A stretch of 64,000 nt of DNA from positions 288,001 through 352,000 of the forward strand of contig JAHQJS010000007.1 in NCBI GenBank assembly GCA_019057385.1, written 5' to 3'. This stretch comes from Candidatus Borrarchaeum weybense (GTDB lineage Archaea > Asgardarchaeota > Sifarchaeia > Borrarchaeales > Borrarchaeaceae). The notes under the pieces were generated by a model. The model saw only the letters and a program-made list of their open reading frames with translations. It ran no database searches and was not told the origin of the DNA. Positions within the stretch are counted from its first letter, which is position 1, and the number at the start of each line of letters is the position of its first letter. Positions 28,835 through 39,185 of the stretch are shown in pieces. Position numbers and translations under genes: made by a program.

Positions 28835-28969
28835 TGGTTTTCTATTTCAGTATCTAATAACTTTTATAAGAATAAAAAAAGTGAGTTTTTATTAAATATC
28901 GGAAAACCAATCACCAAAATTAAGAGTTTTGGAGATGTCTTTTGAGCATCAGGATAGGAGTGTGTTAGA

Positions 28970-29746
28970 TTGGAATACACAGAAATTTTAATTGAATATG
29001 AAGAGCAAGTAGCAAAAATCGTATTAAATCGCCCTGAGAAATTTAATGCATTATCCTTGAAGCTTCTTGAAGAGTTGGTTGATGCATTACAACACATATC
29101 AACAAATAAAGAGATCCGGGTTGTTGTGATAAAAGGTGCTGGACCCTGTTTTAGCACAGGGCACGATCTTTCGGAGATGGTTGGTAAGGAAATTACCCAG
29201 TATAAGAGGATTTTTGAAACGTGCGGTAAAATGATGAAATGGTTACAAAAAATCCCGCAACCAACTATTGCTCAAGTCCATGGATATGCCATGGCAGCCG
29301 GATGTCAATTTGTCGCGGCCTGTGATCTCGCAGTTGCTGAAGATGGAGCTAAATTTAGCACCCCAGGTGTAAAAATTGGCTTGTTTTGCACTACCCCAGG
29401 GGTTCCATTGGGACGAAACATTGGTAGAAAACGTGCTTTGGAGATGCTGTTTACAGGACGTTTTATCACTGCCCAAGAAGCTTTTGAATTTGGTCTAATA
29501 AACCGAATAACCTCGAAAAACAAACTTGAAGCCATTACTCAAGAATTGATTGACCCCATACTCCAGTCAAGTCCTCTAACCGTTCATTTGGGAAAGCAAG
29601 CATTTTATAATCAGATGAATATGACAGAAGAACAAGCATATGCCTATGCGATCAATACGATCGCATTAAATCTCGCTACACACGATGCCCAAGAGGGGAT
29701 TTCAGCATTTCTTGAAAAAAGAACACCTAAATGGAAGGGATTTTAG
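28970..29746 (+). CDS. Enoyl-CoA hydratase/isomerase family protein
   Basis: LNRPEKFNAL, FSTGHDL, AAGCQF, TPGVKIGLFC and EGISAFLEKR motifs. Confidence 0.93.
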   Translation: MEYTEILIEYEEQVAKIVLNRPEKFNALSLKLLEELVDALQHISTNKEIRVVVIKGAGPCFSTGHDLSEMVGKEITQYKRIFETCGKMMKWLQKIPQPTIAQVHGYAMAAGCQFVAACDLAVAEDGAKFSTPGVKIGLFCTTPGVPLGRNIGRKRALEMLFTGRFITAQEAFEFGLINRITSKNKLEAITQELIDPILQSSPLTVHLGKQAFYNQMNMTEEQAYAYAINTIALNLATHDAQEGISAFLEKRTPKWKGF

Positions 29747-29885
29747 CAAATTCCGAGCGAAATCGGGTTTGTACACTCCACAGGATGAATGCAGACACCG
29801 TTCAGAGTGATTCCTTACTGCAAAATTGCTTAGATGCTGATCATTCGACCGAATGGAAGCAGTAATCAGGTCTGAGAGAGATGAG

Positions 29886-30121
29886 ATGAAAAAAAATCAA
29901 CTCCGTTCTTATATTTGGGATTAGTAATAATGCAAGCCGTTCATAGCATTGAAGAATACCTTTCTGGTTTTCCTGAGTTCTTTAGAGATATGACCCGTCT
30001 TATCCATAACGAGCTAGGGGTTTTTTCAATAATACACATGACTGAACAAACATTTGTCATAGTGAACATCATTCTGATTGTTTTCCTTCTGGTTATTTAC
30101 AAATCCAATAAAAAACATTAA
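29886..30121 (+). pseudogene. HXXEE-domain membrane protein remnant
   Basis: HSIEEY motif; ATG 29886 is out of frame by one base in an A8 run; the ORF ends early. Confidence 0.55.
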
Positions 30122-30270
30122 TCGATCGTCCTTCCATGATGTATACATTCCTAATGCTCTCTTTTAAAAGATTTTTACACCAAATATCCATTTTTGGATC
30201 AATCATGAAGTTGAATTTATGGAAAAATTAGTTATGAAAATGTTTGATATAGTTGTGCAAAACTGGTTCT

Positions 30271-30756
30271 CTAAAATATTTTTGGTATAAATCTCTGTGG
30301 TACTCGTCGCATATATTCTTCGTATTCTTTTCCAAATTTTTCCTTCAGAATTTCTTCCTCTTTAATTGCCGTCAATACAGTAAATATGCTAAAAATAACT
30401 ACTGGGACTAAGAGCCATACAATTCCCCAAGCAAATGCGAAACCGAAAAATATCAAGATCAAACCAAAGTAGCCAGGATGTCTTATCTTCGAATATATAC
30501 CCTTAGTTATAAGTTCTTCAATCTTTTCTGATTGTTGATGCATTTGTTTGTGAATTTTATGAGAGTATTCGTGGATTATCACTCCTATTATCAGCACAAT
30601 TGCTCCCAATATATTTGTAATGGGATAAAATGGTATAGTTAAGAGATGAAATATGGTGCCTATAATACCTATCACGATCAGTATTGGCCATTCGATTAAA
30701 ACTCGTATAGTTGGTTTTACTAAAAGATACTTATCTATAAGACTATTTTCTCTCAT
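30271..30756 (-). CDS. Isoprenylcysteine carboxyl methyltransferase/PEMT family protein
   Basis: LITKGIYSKIRHPGY and EEEILKEKFGKEYEEY..VPQRFIP motifs. Confidence 0.9.
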   Translation of the reverse strand: MRENSLIDKYLLVKPTIRVLIEWPILIVIGIIGTIFHLLTIPFYPITNILGAIVLIIGVIIHEYSHKIHKQMHQQSEKIEELITKGIYSKIRHPGYFGLILIFFGFAFAWGIVWLLVPVVIFSIFTVLTAIKEEEILKEKFGKEYEEYMRRVPQRFIPKIF

Positions 30757-31033
30757 ATCAATTCACTCTATTCTCTTATGGACACTGTGTAATCTCTGGC
30801 AATATAGTAAAAGGATATACTAATATAAAAATAGTTGCATTAATCCTAAAAAAGAAATTCATCTTGAATTTCATGAAAGTCCCTTTAGATTGCTATTTCT
30901 AGATGCAGTAGAAACTATTACAAAAATTTAAATTCTATCTTGGTATTACTTAATCATGTTTAGGTTTCTATCAAATGATCTACTAAATTTTCTGTTGATT
31001 TTAGAAACTTAGATTTTTTTTCATAGGTTTTTT

Positions 31034-31789
31034 CTAATAACTATAATCTAATGATATTACTTTTCTCTCTTTTTGAATATGGAAAAAAGTATGACAATTA
31101 AAACACATGCATTGAAGCATATCTGACTTGTAAAGATGTTGAAACCGTTCATTACTCATAACTAACAAACCTTTATCATGCGTACCTGTATTGTTTTTAT
31201 GATGTCCGCAAAGATAATTGTAATCACGTTCTCCACAAATAGCACATTTCCTTCCAAGCAAAAATAGCCTATGAATGTAGCGTTTAATTTTATATTTATG
31301 ATCTCTTGCCGATTTGGTATAAATTGGCTTATTTAATCTTTCCGAAATAGTACCCCACTCGTAAATTCGCCCATGGTTCATACAAAATACCATATAATTA
31401 TTGTTTTTAAGATTTTTTTGAAAAAGATGTTCTGCTACCAACTCTACATGGCTTAAATTTGTTTGATAACTACCTTTAGTGTAGTATTTACTTGTACTAT
31501 ATTCGCCATGTAAACGTCCATTTACGTGTCTTACAGATAAAATAAGAGGATTTGATATATTACAACCATCATACATGCATTTCAAAGGAAGTTCATATTT
31601 CGAACAAATTTCATACACACGATCTCGTTTTCGTTTTAGTTGATTCTTGAAATTCTGTTTTATTAGTCGCTCTTTATTTTTTTGGTAATATCGCTTATTT
31701 GGTATTTTGCTATAACATTTTCTGCAAAGACCTTTAGCAATATGTTTCTTAAATTCTCCACAATTAGGACAGATGATCATTCTTTGCAT
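31034..31789 (-). CDS. Cys/His-rich HNH-like endonuclease with two HNH-type modules
   Basis: CPNC..GLCRKCY zinc module; C..GC..HVNG...CMNH; CAICG...HHKN...CFNCHTFFH. Confidence 0.65.
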   Translation of the reverse strand: MQRMIICPNCGEFKKHIAKGLCRKCYSKIPNKRYYQKNKERLIKQNFKNQLKRKRDRVYEICSKYELPLKCMYDGCNISNPLILSVRHVNGRLHGEYSTSKYYTKGSYQTNLSHVELVAEHLFQKNLKNNNYMVFCMNHGRIYEWGTISERLNKPIYTKSARDHKYKIKRYIHRLFLLGRKCAICGERDYNYLCGHHKNNTGTHDKGLLVMSNERFQHLYKSDMLQCMCFNCHTFFHIQKERKVISLDYSY

Positions 31790-32176
31790 TTCTCATCATG
31801 CTCATAAATTCAAGTGAAACGCAAATAACGAAAAACAGGAAATTTTACTTTCGAAATCAGTCTCGTGACCTTTTTATCTATATTAACAACTATTACATAT
31901 ACTCAGACGGGGCATAGTACAAGAGAAAAAACTTTTTGTTGCATTAAAATCATCAAAAAACGCTCGACACGACAGAGATTTGTTTATCTATGCTCTTAGG
32001 TGATGAGATAATCATTCTCTCTTGGAGAGCTTAACGCAGAATATGCATGAAAAATCATTAATATCTTGAGAGTTCACGCAATATAGTTTTTTCAAACTAT
32101 TTATTCTAGTACACCTATACACCATTGTATCATTATTTGCCAAATTGGTACAAGGTTTAATAGAGAGTAGGGGACG

Positions 32177-32653
32177 ATGGCGAAGAAAATGGCAATACCA
32201 TGGAAATTCAAATATGAATTTGCTATGGGAAGATGGACATCCAATCTCAAAGCATACCTTTATGCGATCCGCGAGAAATATGGTCCAGAAGCAGCACTCG
32301 AAATCTATGAAAGAACTTGCAAAATGAATGATAGAATAAAGAGTTTTACCAATGCCGTTCTAAAGGCCTTCGAACTAGAGGGAAACGATGCTGAAACAAT
32401 AGGGAAGTGGTGGGACATCTGGCATGAACTCACTGGGACGAGAGGTACTATACTTGAGCGGTCTAAAACCGTCTGTAGATTTAAAGTCACAAAGTGTCCG
32501 ACTAAAACAGAGCCCAAAGATATCAGCGGTTGGTCCATAACCTTCGTAGATCTTATTGGTAAGGCTATAAATCCAAAAGCTACCCTGGAACGCCTTAAAG
32601 GAATGTGCGCCGGCGATCCATATTGTGAATATGTATACAAGATAGAAGAATGA
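32177..32653 (+). CDS. L-2-amino-thiazoline-4-carboxylate hydrolase / V4R-like protein, paralog 1
   Basis: VTKCP..INPK..MCAGDPYCEY; AGGGG SD. Confidence 0.8.
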   Translation: MAKKMAIPWKFKYEFAMGRWTSNLKAYLYAIREKYGPEAALEIYERTCKMNDRIKSFTNAVLKAFELEGNDAETIGKWWDIWHELTGTRGTILERSKTVCRFKVTKCPTKTEPKDISGWSITFVDLIGKAINPKATLERLKGMCAGDPYCEYVYKIEE

Positions 32654-32676
32654 CTTAGGGGCCTTAAAAACCAATT

Positions 32677-33171
32677 ATGAAGGAGAAGATTATGGCAAAG
32701 AAAATGCCGATAACTTACGAACTCAAATACAAATATATGAAGGGGATGTTGACAACTCTGTTCAAAGGATTCATATATGCGATCCGTGAGAAATATGGTG
32801 CCGAGGCAGCACTCGAAATCTATGAAAGGGTCAATGAAATGGATGATAGAATAAAGAATATGACAAATACGCTTAAAGAAGTCTTCAAACTAGAGGGAAA
32901 TAATGGCGAAACATTTGCACAATGGTGGGAAGTTTTTTGGGAGATCACTGAGATGGAATATATAATACCTGAGCGGTCTAAAACATTTACTAGATTTGAA
33001 GTTCTTAAGTGTCCGTGGACAACGGAACCCAAAGACATCAGCGTTTGGTGCTTTTTGAGTTTGGTTGGTAAAATTGCTAAGACAATAAATCCACAAGCTA
33101 CGCTTGAACGCCCGAAAGCGATGTGTGCCGGGGATCCACATTGTGAATATATCTTCAAACTAGAAGAGTGA
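32677..33171 (+). CDS. L-2-amino-thiazoline-4-carboxylate hydrolase / V4R-like protein, paralog 2
   Basis: LKCPW..WC..INPQ..MCAGDPHCEY; clear tandem duplicate (start may be ATG 32692). Confidence 0.8.
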   Translation: MKEKIMAKKMPITYELKYKYMKGMLTTLFKGFIYAIREKYGAEAALEIYERVNEMDDRIKNMTNTLKEVFKLEGNNGETFAQWWEVFWEITEMEYIIPERSKTFTRFEVLKCPWTTEPKDISVWCFLSLVGKIAKTINPQATLERPKAMCAGDPHCEYIFKLEE

Positions 33172-33684
33172 AGATCAATTAAATTAGCAAGGATGGACTG
33201 AATGGATAACGTCTAGAGAATATCCAAACTTAAAAGTAATAATCATTAACGCAATTCAATAACATTCAACAGAAAATTAAAAAAAAAGAGCAAACTAGCC
33301 AATTAAAAAAGCGTTGATGAGCGCAAAAAATCGCTTTACCTACTAGAGATCTTTAGAAATGCTTATTTTCGTACTTTAAGAATTAGAGAGATCACAAAAT
33401 TAGTTAAAAGGGCCAACATCCGCCTGGATCCATAAATGAACTTCCTTTGTCTTATGTTTTATAGACTCGGAGGTAAAATTCAAGGATTAAATATAAGGTC
33501 CACTACTTTTTAGTTTCACACTGATTCCAAAAGTGATTTCAATTTGAAATATGCACATATTTATATTCTTAAAAACAATAACAACCGATTGTGCTTTCTT
33601 TGATAATAATAATCGCTTTAAAACAAAAGTAATTCTTTATTTGACTATTATGTTGATCAAGTTTAGTTTTCAAAGCAACAATTA

Positions 33685-33924
33685 TTAGTATCGTGAGAGG
33701 TCTAAGTTGAAAAATCTGACAAGTGCACTTCTTAGTCGCTTTTCAAGTTCCCTTTCATCTTCATTCAAATATCCCGCGTCTAGATATCTTCTAATAGCAC
33801 GCGTTATGAACCTTACGTCCTGTTCAGATCTCCCAATTGCTTTTGCAATTCGCTCATCTGATTTTCCTTCAGTTAGGAATTCCAAGACTTTACTGAATTC
33901 TTCATAACTGAATTCCGTGCTCAT
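33685..33924 (-). CDS. Small helix-turn-helix protein
   Basis: GKSDERIAKAIGRSEQDVR HTH pattern; GAGGGG SD. Confidence 0.65.
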   Translation of the reverse strand: MSTEFSYEEFSKVLEFLTEGKSDERIAKAIGRSEQDVRFITRAIRRYLDAGYLNEDERELEKRLRSALVRFFNLDLSRY

Positions 33925-34402
33925 TAAGCCCCCTCATATCTAGTATCACATATTCTAAATAATAACTCTTTTCTTTCTGACAGTGTAATTACACAAAAAC
34001 AATGAAAAGTAATATCTGCCCATATAGGCTAATGAAAAAATCGTTTCATTTGTCACTTTTAATTTATCGTCCTATTTTCATTTGCTTAATCTGCATAGAG
34101 TTAGAGTTAAACTTATTTGACTATAAAATTTTCAATTCTATTTTTTTACTGAATATTAGAGGATGTTTGCAAACTATTATCTCTAGAGTGACATATTTTA
34201 TTTTTGTCGGCATCCAAACTACGATAAATCTTCTTCAAAGATCATTAGCTAGCGTAGATAAATTAAAACTCTGCTATTGAAAATATTTTCATTTATCTCT
34301 CACATTATAGTGGTTATCTGTACTATGAGAGAAAATTCTTGTTTTTTCTTCAGTACTGTAAAAGCGTTGCTCTTATATACGGTTCTATGACGTGAAATTG
34401 AG

Positions 34403-34630
34403 GTGATAGAACTGAACGTAGAGTGTGAAAAATGTCTCATTTATCCAGTTAAAATTAATGCGATTAACTATTCAAATGATGAGGATTTTGTAGTTATAGA
34501 TGTTGATTCACTAGAAGAGCTTAAGTTTATTGCTGATGGTTTTCAAAAACCACTTTTGTACGACAATGCACATTATTTCGTTATTTTTGACAAGAATGTG
34601 CATTATAGAACCAAAAAGCTTATATTCTAA
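34403..34630 (+). CDS. Hypothetical small protein (CxxC)
   Basis: 75-aa ORF with GAGGTG at its start. Confidence 0.5.
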   Translation: MIELNVECEKCLIYPVKINAINYSNDEDFVVIDVDSLEELKFIADGFQKPLLYDNAHYFVIFDKNVHYRTKKLIF

Positions 34631-34887
34631 TATGGAAAAAAGGCAGTACGATCGAAAAATTGAAGATATAATCAAATTAAAGGAAATCTTGGACGACAAA
34701 ATAAGACTTTAAAAGTTAAAAGGTATAGTTTCACGTATTATCTCCAAAGGAAATTATGTCCAATATACGTTCTGGAAAAAGCTGAATCTCGATGGATGAA
34801 ATCGATCAATTTTTGACATTATCATACAGAGGCTACTCTTAGATCTCCAAAAGATTATTGTCGTCTTATTATTCTCATTTTTGATTA

Positions 34888-36283
34888 TTATCGGGCAAAT
34901 TTTAAATCTTATTTGCGTACGCGCTTTCATTAGACCCCCATATTTCGATTGGAAGTCTACAGACTTCATAACCACCTCTATGATGTATTATAATTATCTA
35001 TACGACACCTATATTGAATAACACCAGAATTAAAAATTGAATAACAACTTTTTGAAACAATCTTATATTGATTTTAATTAACTCACAAGAATCTAAAGAC
35101 TGAACTGGCAAGCGAAATTTAGAGTTGAATTACGAAATTCTTTTATAATTTCTGTTATTTAATCGTCTAAGCGTGAAAATTCCTTATTGCTTTAAAAGGA
35201 TTCATTATTGAGATTCTATAAAAAAAACAAAACAAGAAGTTGTATTCGAATGGGAGAATTAAAAGCAGTAATATTCGATTGGGACGGGGTTTTAGTTCCA
35301 ATTAGAATAAACCTTGAGCAAGTATTTGATTATATTGTTAAAGAAATTTCCAAATATGGCGTTAATTTCAAAATAAATAGTGTTAAATTCAGCACCATTG
35401 AAGCACTCATTAAGACAGCAAAAAAGGACCTACAAGGTAAAGATATACCTATGAATTTCTTTGATAAATTACAGAATAAAGTGCTTGTAATGATTAATGA
35501 AATCTTTACAAAGGATGCACTCACAAATTCACTGAATAAAGAAGTATTACAAAGTCTCAAACAAGTTAGAGAACTTGGATTAAAAACAGGGATTTTTACA
35601 ATAAATAGGCTTCATATCGTGGAAAAAATATTAAATAATTCAAATGCAATTCATCTCTTTGACGCAATAGTTACACAAGACGATTTCGTTTTAAATTTAG
35701 AGAACATCGACAAAAAAGAACATCTAGATGCGTGTTTAGAACGATTGCAAATTTCAGGAGATGAATGCATGGTTGTAGGCGACCGTCCTATTGACATTCT
35801 TCCTGCACATGAAGTAAATGCGATTACGGTCGGTTTTATAGGATCTGATAATCGACATCAAATGGATACAATCGCTGATAAAATCGACTATACGATCGAT
35901 TCCATTACAAAACTCTATCAAATTATTATAACTCTTGAAGACCATAGTCCAACCTAGGTAATCCGGTAAGACGTTTGCACTTTGAATAGTACAACTAAGC
36001 CATCTGATTCTTTATTATAAATTATGTCGTAAAAATGAAATAGATTCAACTATTACTTCCGTAATATATTTTTATCGGCAAATCAATTAGAATTCTATTT
36101 ATTATCGGGCAAAATTCTTACACCCATTTATACGGATAATATCTAACGATAAAATCACATTTTTATGAAAATCTGTTTTTTTAAAGTGCTTTTTTATCAA
36201 ACTTGCCTATTTAAATTTCTTTTGTTTTTTTACTATTTTTGTCGTTAGTTCTTCTAATCCCTATTTATTTATCGGGCAAAATT
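34888..36283 (+). repeat. Four co-oriented copies of TTATCGG(G)CAAA
   Basis: Copies start at 34888, 36072, 36102 and 36269; the last two share CTATTTATT(T)ATCGGGCAAAATT. Confidence 0.6.
35250..35957 (+). CDS. HAD-superfamily hydrolase (phosphoglycolate phosphatase-like)
   Basis: IFDWDGVL, IFTIN and VGDRPID motifs; ATG 35250 preferred. Confidence 0.88.
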   Translation: MGELKAVIFDWDGVLVPIRINLEQVFDYIVKEISKYGVNFKINSVKFSTIEALIKTAKKDLQGKDIPMNFFDKLQNKVLVMINEIFTKDALTNSLNKEVLQSLKQVRELGLKTGIFTINRLHIVEKILNNSNAIHLFDAIVTQDDFVLNLENIDKKEHLDACLERLQISGDECMVVGDRPIDILPAHEVNAITVGFIGSDNRHQMDTIADKIDYTIDSITKLYQIIITLEDHSPT

Positions 36284-36674
36284 TTGATTTAAGGACTGTA
36301 TAAATCATTCGCAAGCCCCTAATTCTTCGTTAGGAAGTTCGCAAGTAGATGACTTTAAACCATATAAAACAAAAACCATACTTCTTAAATGAATCTTGTA
36401 ATATCCGCATGAAGAACTAAGAGCAAAAACTTTCGGGCGCGATCTTCGGAAATCTTTGCTGGGCATCTTTAGAATGTCAAGAATTCCTTATTAACTCCTG
36501 AGTATCTAAACTCAACTATACACTTTATCATTTTAAAATATCAGATTTTACTCTCTATTATAATTTATTGGATGTGGAAAATTGCAAATCTTCACAAAAA
36601 ATATCAATCAGCTTCTGGAAGAAGAAATTGCTTTCTTAAAAGTTTAAATAAATGAAAAAATAGAATAATCCTCC

Positions 36675-37049
36675 GTGATGTATATGTCAAAAGAAGATGA
36701 AATATTAAAGGAATTACAGGAAATTAGAAAATTACTAACACCTAAACCTCCACCGCCACCACCAAAAGATTTACGTGAAGAATTCTTACAGTTCCTTTCT
36801 AAATACAAAATTCTTGGATTAGCAGTTGCCTTCATTATGGCTATATACTTAGGCACTTTGATTCAAGCACTCGTTGACGATATGATTATGCCAATAATAC
36901 AATTGGTCATTCCTGATATACAATGGGAAGAAATTGTTGTTGGACCGTTCAGAGTTGGACATTTTATAGGATCGTTAATAACTTTCTTAATAATAGCTTT
37001 TGTAGTCTTCTTGATTGTTAAATTTGCTTCAAAGATGCACATAGAATAA
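36675..37049 (+). CDS. mscL: MscL-family large-conductance mechanosensitive channel
   Basis: EFLQFL..LAVAFIM..LVDDMIMPII..GHFIGSLITFLIIAFVVF. Confidence 0.88.
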   Translation: MMYMSKEDEILKELQEIRKLLTPKPPPPPPKDLREEFLQFLSKYKILGLAVAFIMAIYLGTLIQALVDDMIMPIIQLVIPDIQWEEIVVGPFRVGHFIGSLITFLIIAFVVFLIVKFASKMHIE

Positions 37050-37077
37050 ACTTTTTTTTTTCACATTGGTGAAATTC

Positions 37078-37545
37078 ATGCAACTTAGAAATGCCAATGA
37101 AACTGATTTTGATGCTTGTTTACCCCTATTACAACAACTATAGCCATTCTCCAAAATTAATGGTGCTGATGCTGATTTTCAAGTTTTACAGGAGATCAAG
37201 GATGTCTTTTATCGATTACTCAGAAATCCTGCTACTGGGATTATCTTAGTAGAATCTGATGGTCAAATCATTGGTTTTTTAGACTTTACTTTTCGCATAA
37301 CGCTTTTTTATCGAGGCAGGGCAATGATTATCGAAGATTTGATAATTGACGAAAAATATCGAAGAAGAGGAATTGGAACAAAGTTGGTAAGGTTTTCCGA
37401 GGAAATTGCTGAAAAAAATGGTTGCTATGCCATTGAATTGAACTCAGATCTCTATAGAAAAGAGACTCATCACTTCTGGGAAGCGATAGGATATGAAAGT
37501 AAAGCCTACCAATATCGGAAATCATTAAATAAAGCAAAAAGATAA
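37078..37545 (+). pseudogene. GNAT acetyltransferase with one in-frame TAG at codon 22 (pseudogene or amber readthrough)
   Basis: MQLRNANETDFDACLPLLQQL*PFSK...IEDLIIDEKYRRRGIGTKL; TAG at 37141-43; GGTGA SD before ATG 37078. Confidence 0.8.
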
Positions 37546-37590
37546 ATGTGAATGTGATTTAATTTAAAAAACTTCCATGAGTGATTTGAA

Positions 37591-38286
37591 TTGATAACTT
37601 CAAAAATGATAAAGGAAAAAGCTATCGAGTTTGGAGCTAATCTATGCGGAATAGCGCCTGTAGACAGATTTAAGAATGCCCCAAGGGGTTTTTCTCCTTT
37701 AGATCTTTACCCAAAATGTGAATCAGTTATTGTTTGCGCAAAAAGACTTCCAATTGGACTATTAAACTCAACGTCTTGTGTGCCATATAGCCACTACAAT
37801 GATTTTCTGCCCCTAGAACTCGATCGGATCTCACTTAAGTTAGCTTACTATTTGGAAGACATGGGTTATGGTGCCATCCCAATACCTTCAGATAACCCAT
37901 ATGAGCATTGGGAATCAAATCGAATGTATGGGCGAGCTATTCTTTCAATGCGACACGCAGCATATATGGCAGGTCTTGGGATATTAGGTAAGAATACTCT
38001 TGTGATTAACGAAGAATATGGAAACATGATTATCATCGGTGCAGTCTTAACTGATGTTAATCTTGAAGCAGATCCAATCATTGATAAAACAACACTTTGT
38101 CCTGAAAACTGTAGTTTATGCATTGATTCTTGCCCAGTAGATGCTTTAGATGGTATAACTATTGATCAGCAAAAGTGCCGACCTAGATCTATCGTTACAA
38201 ATGAAAAAGGATACACGCTTTACAAGTGCAACATTTGCCGAGAGATATGCCCTAATGGAAAGGGCACACTCTTCAAGAAAAAATGA
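37591..38286 (+). CDS. Epoxyqueuosine reductase/QueG-like Fe-S protein
   Basis: GANLCGIA, HAAYMAGLG..GKN, CPENCSLCIDSCP and CNICREICP motifs. Confidence 0.8.
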   Translation: MITSKMIKEKAIEFGANLCGIAPVDRFKNAPRGFSPLDLYPKCESVIVCAKRLPIGLLNSTSCVPYSHYNDFLPLELDRISLKLAYYLEDMGYGAIPIPSDNPYEHWESNRMYGRAILSMRHAAYMAGLGILGKNTLVINEEYGNMIIIGAVLTDVNLEADPIIDKTTLCPENCSLCIDSCPVDALDGITIDQQKCRPRSIVTNEKGYTLYKCNICREICPNGKGTLFKKK

Positions 38287-38366
38287 CCAAAGTTCCATTA
38301 TTTCTTTTATAGAAAAATTTGTACTTTAGAGCATTACTCCACTTTTATAAAGAATATAAGCGGTAT

Positions 38367-39112
38367 TCAACCTTTTTCAGTGCTTTTTAGCCTTATGTCT
38401 GCCACATCTGGTTCATCTGGCAATAACCTATTGCCTTTATCCCACCCTCCGCCCCAGAGACCATCAAGTACAACATCACCAATCAAGTCAGCGTCATATT
38501 CATTAAATTTTGGAGCTCCAATCTCGATTCTATAATACACATAAGAATGAAGCGTTGTAAAGATATCATAGATAACTTCTTTTGAGTGACCTCTTTTCGA
38601 AAGTTTATACACCATTTCAACTAAATCATCCACTTTATTATCAGATTTTAAAACATTGAGTAATTCTATTTTGTATGATCTAAAATCCTCAATTTCCTTT
38701 AGAATATGGGGTATCTGGGGCTTGACATCTTGTTTAAGGATACCTCCATATTCTCTATAGAATTGGTGACCTACCTCGTACTAAAGTCACGAGGCTTCCT
38801 GCTTCAACGACAGACTCGATCCCCTTGCGGGTTACGGAGGTCTTATCTCCACAGGCGTAACATCCCTACGCTCCGTAGGTACTGCTAACGATGGTGAGGC
38901 AATCGGAGTATGCACCTTATCTGCAAGTGTGCGTATTATCCCTCCAATTGTTATTGATACCTTCCTCATATCACCTATATAACTTTAGGGAGACCCCTTG
39001 ATGCACATGATGAAAGTGAACGACAACTACCGTAATTCATCAACACGCTGAAGCTGTGTTGCTTTCTTGCTTAGCTACTCGTAATAGATTTTTTAAAATC
39101 TTCATTTTTCAT
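38367..39112 (-). pseudogene. Hypothetical gene interrupted by IS605-derivative copy 2
   Basis: Frame open from the insertion junction (38765) to stop 38367; putative 5' part with ATG 39112 lies on the far side of the element. Confidence 0.45.
38766..39080 (-). mobile_element. Non-autonomous IS200/IS605 derivative, copy 2 (315 bp)
   Basis: Same length and ends (TTAC | ... TCAC) as 15070-15384, with compensatory changes in the end hairpins. Confidence 0.85.
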
Positions 39113-39185
39113 TATTTCTCACTTAATTGCGTTGAAAATGGAATTAAGCCCGAGAGAGACGTTTTATAAATTAATAGCTATGATT

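Noticed and set aside
34002-34975. ORFs 34002-34280, 34511-34699, 34530-34712 and 34754-34975
   Set aside because: Low-complexity AT-rich translations with no motifs or convincing SD
37141-37143. Genome-wide TAG reassignment
   Set aside because: TAG ends several full-length genes here (tfrB, scpB, pncA, purD, purQ)
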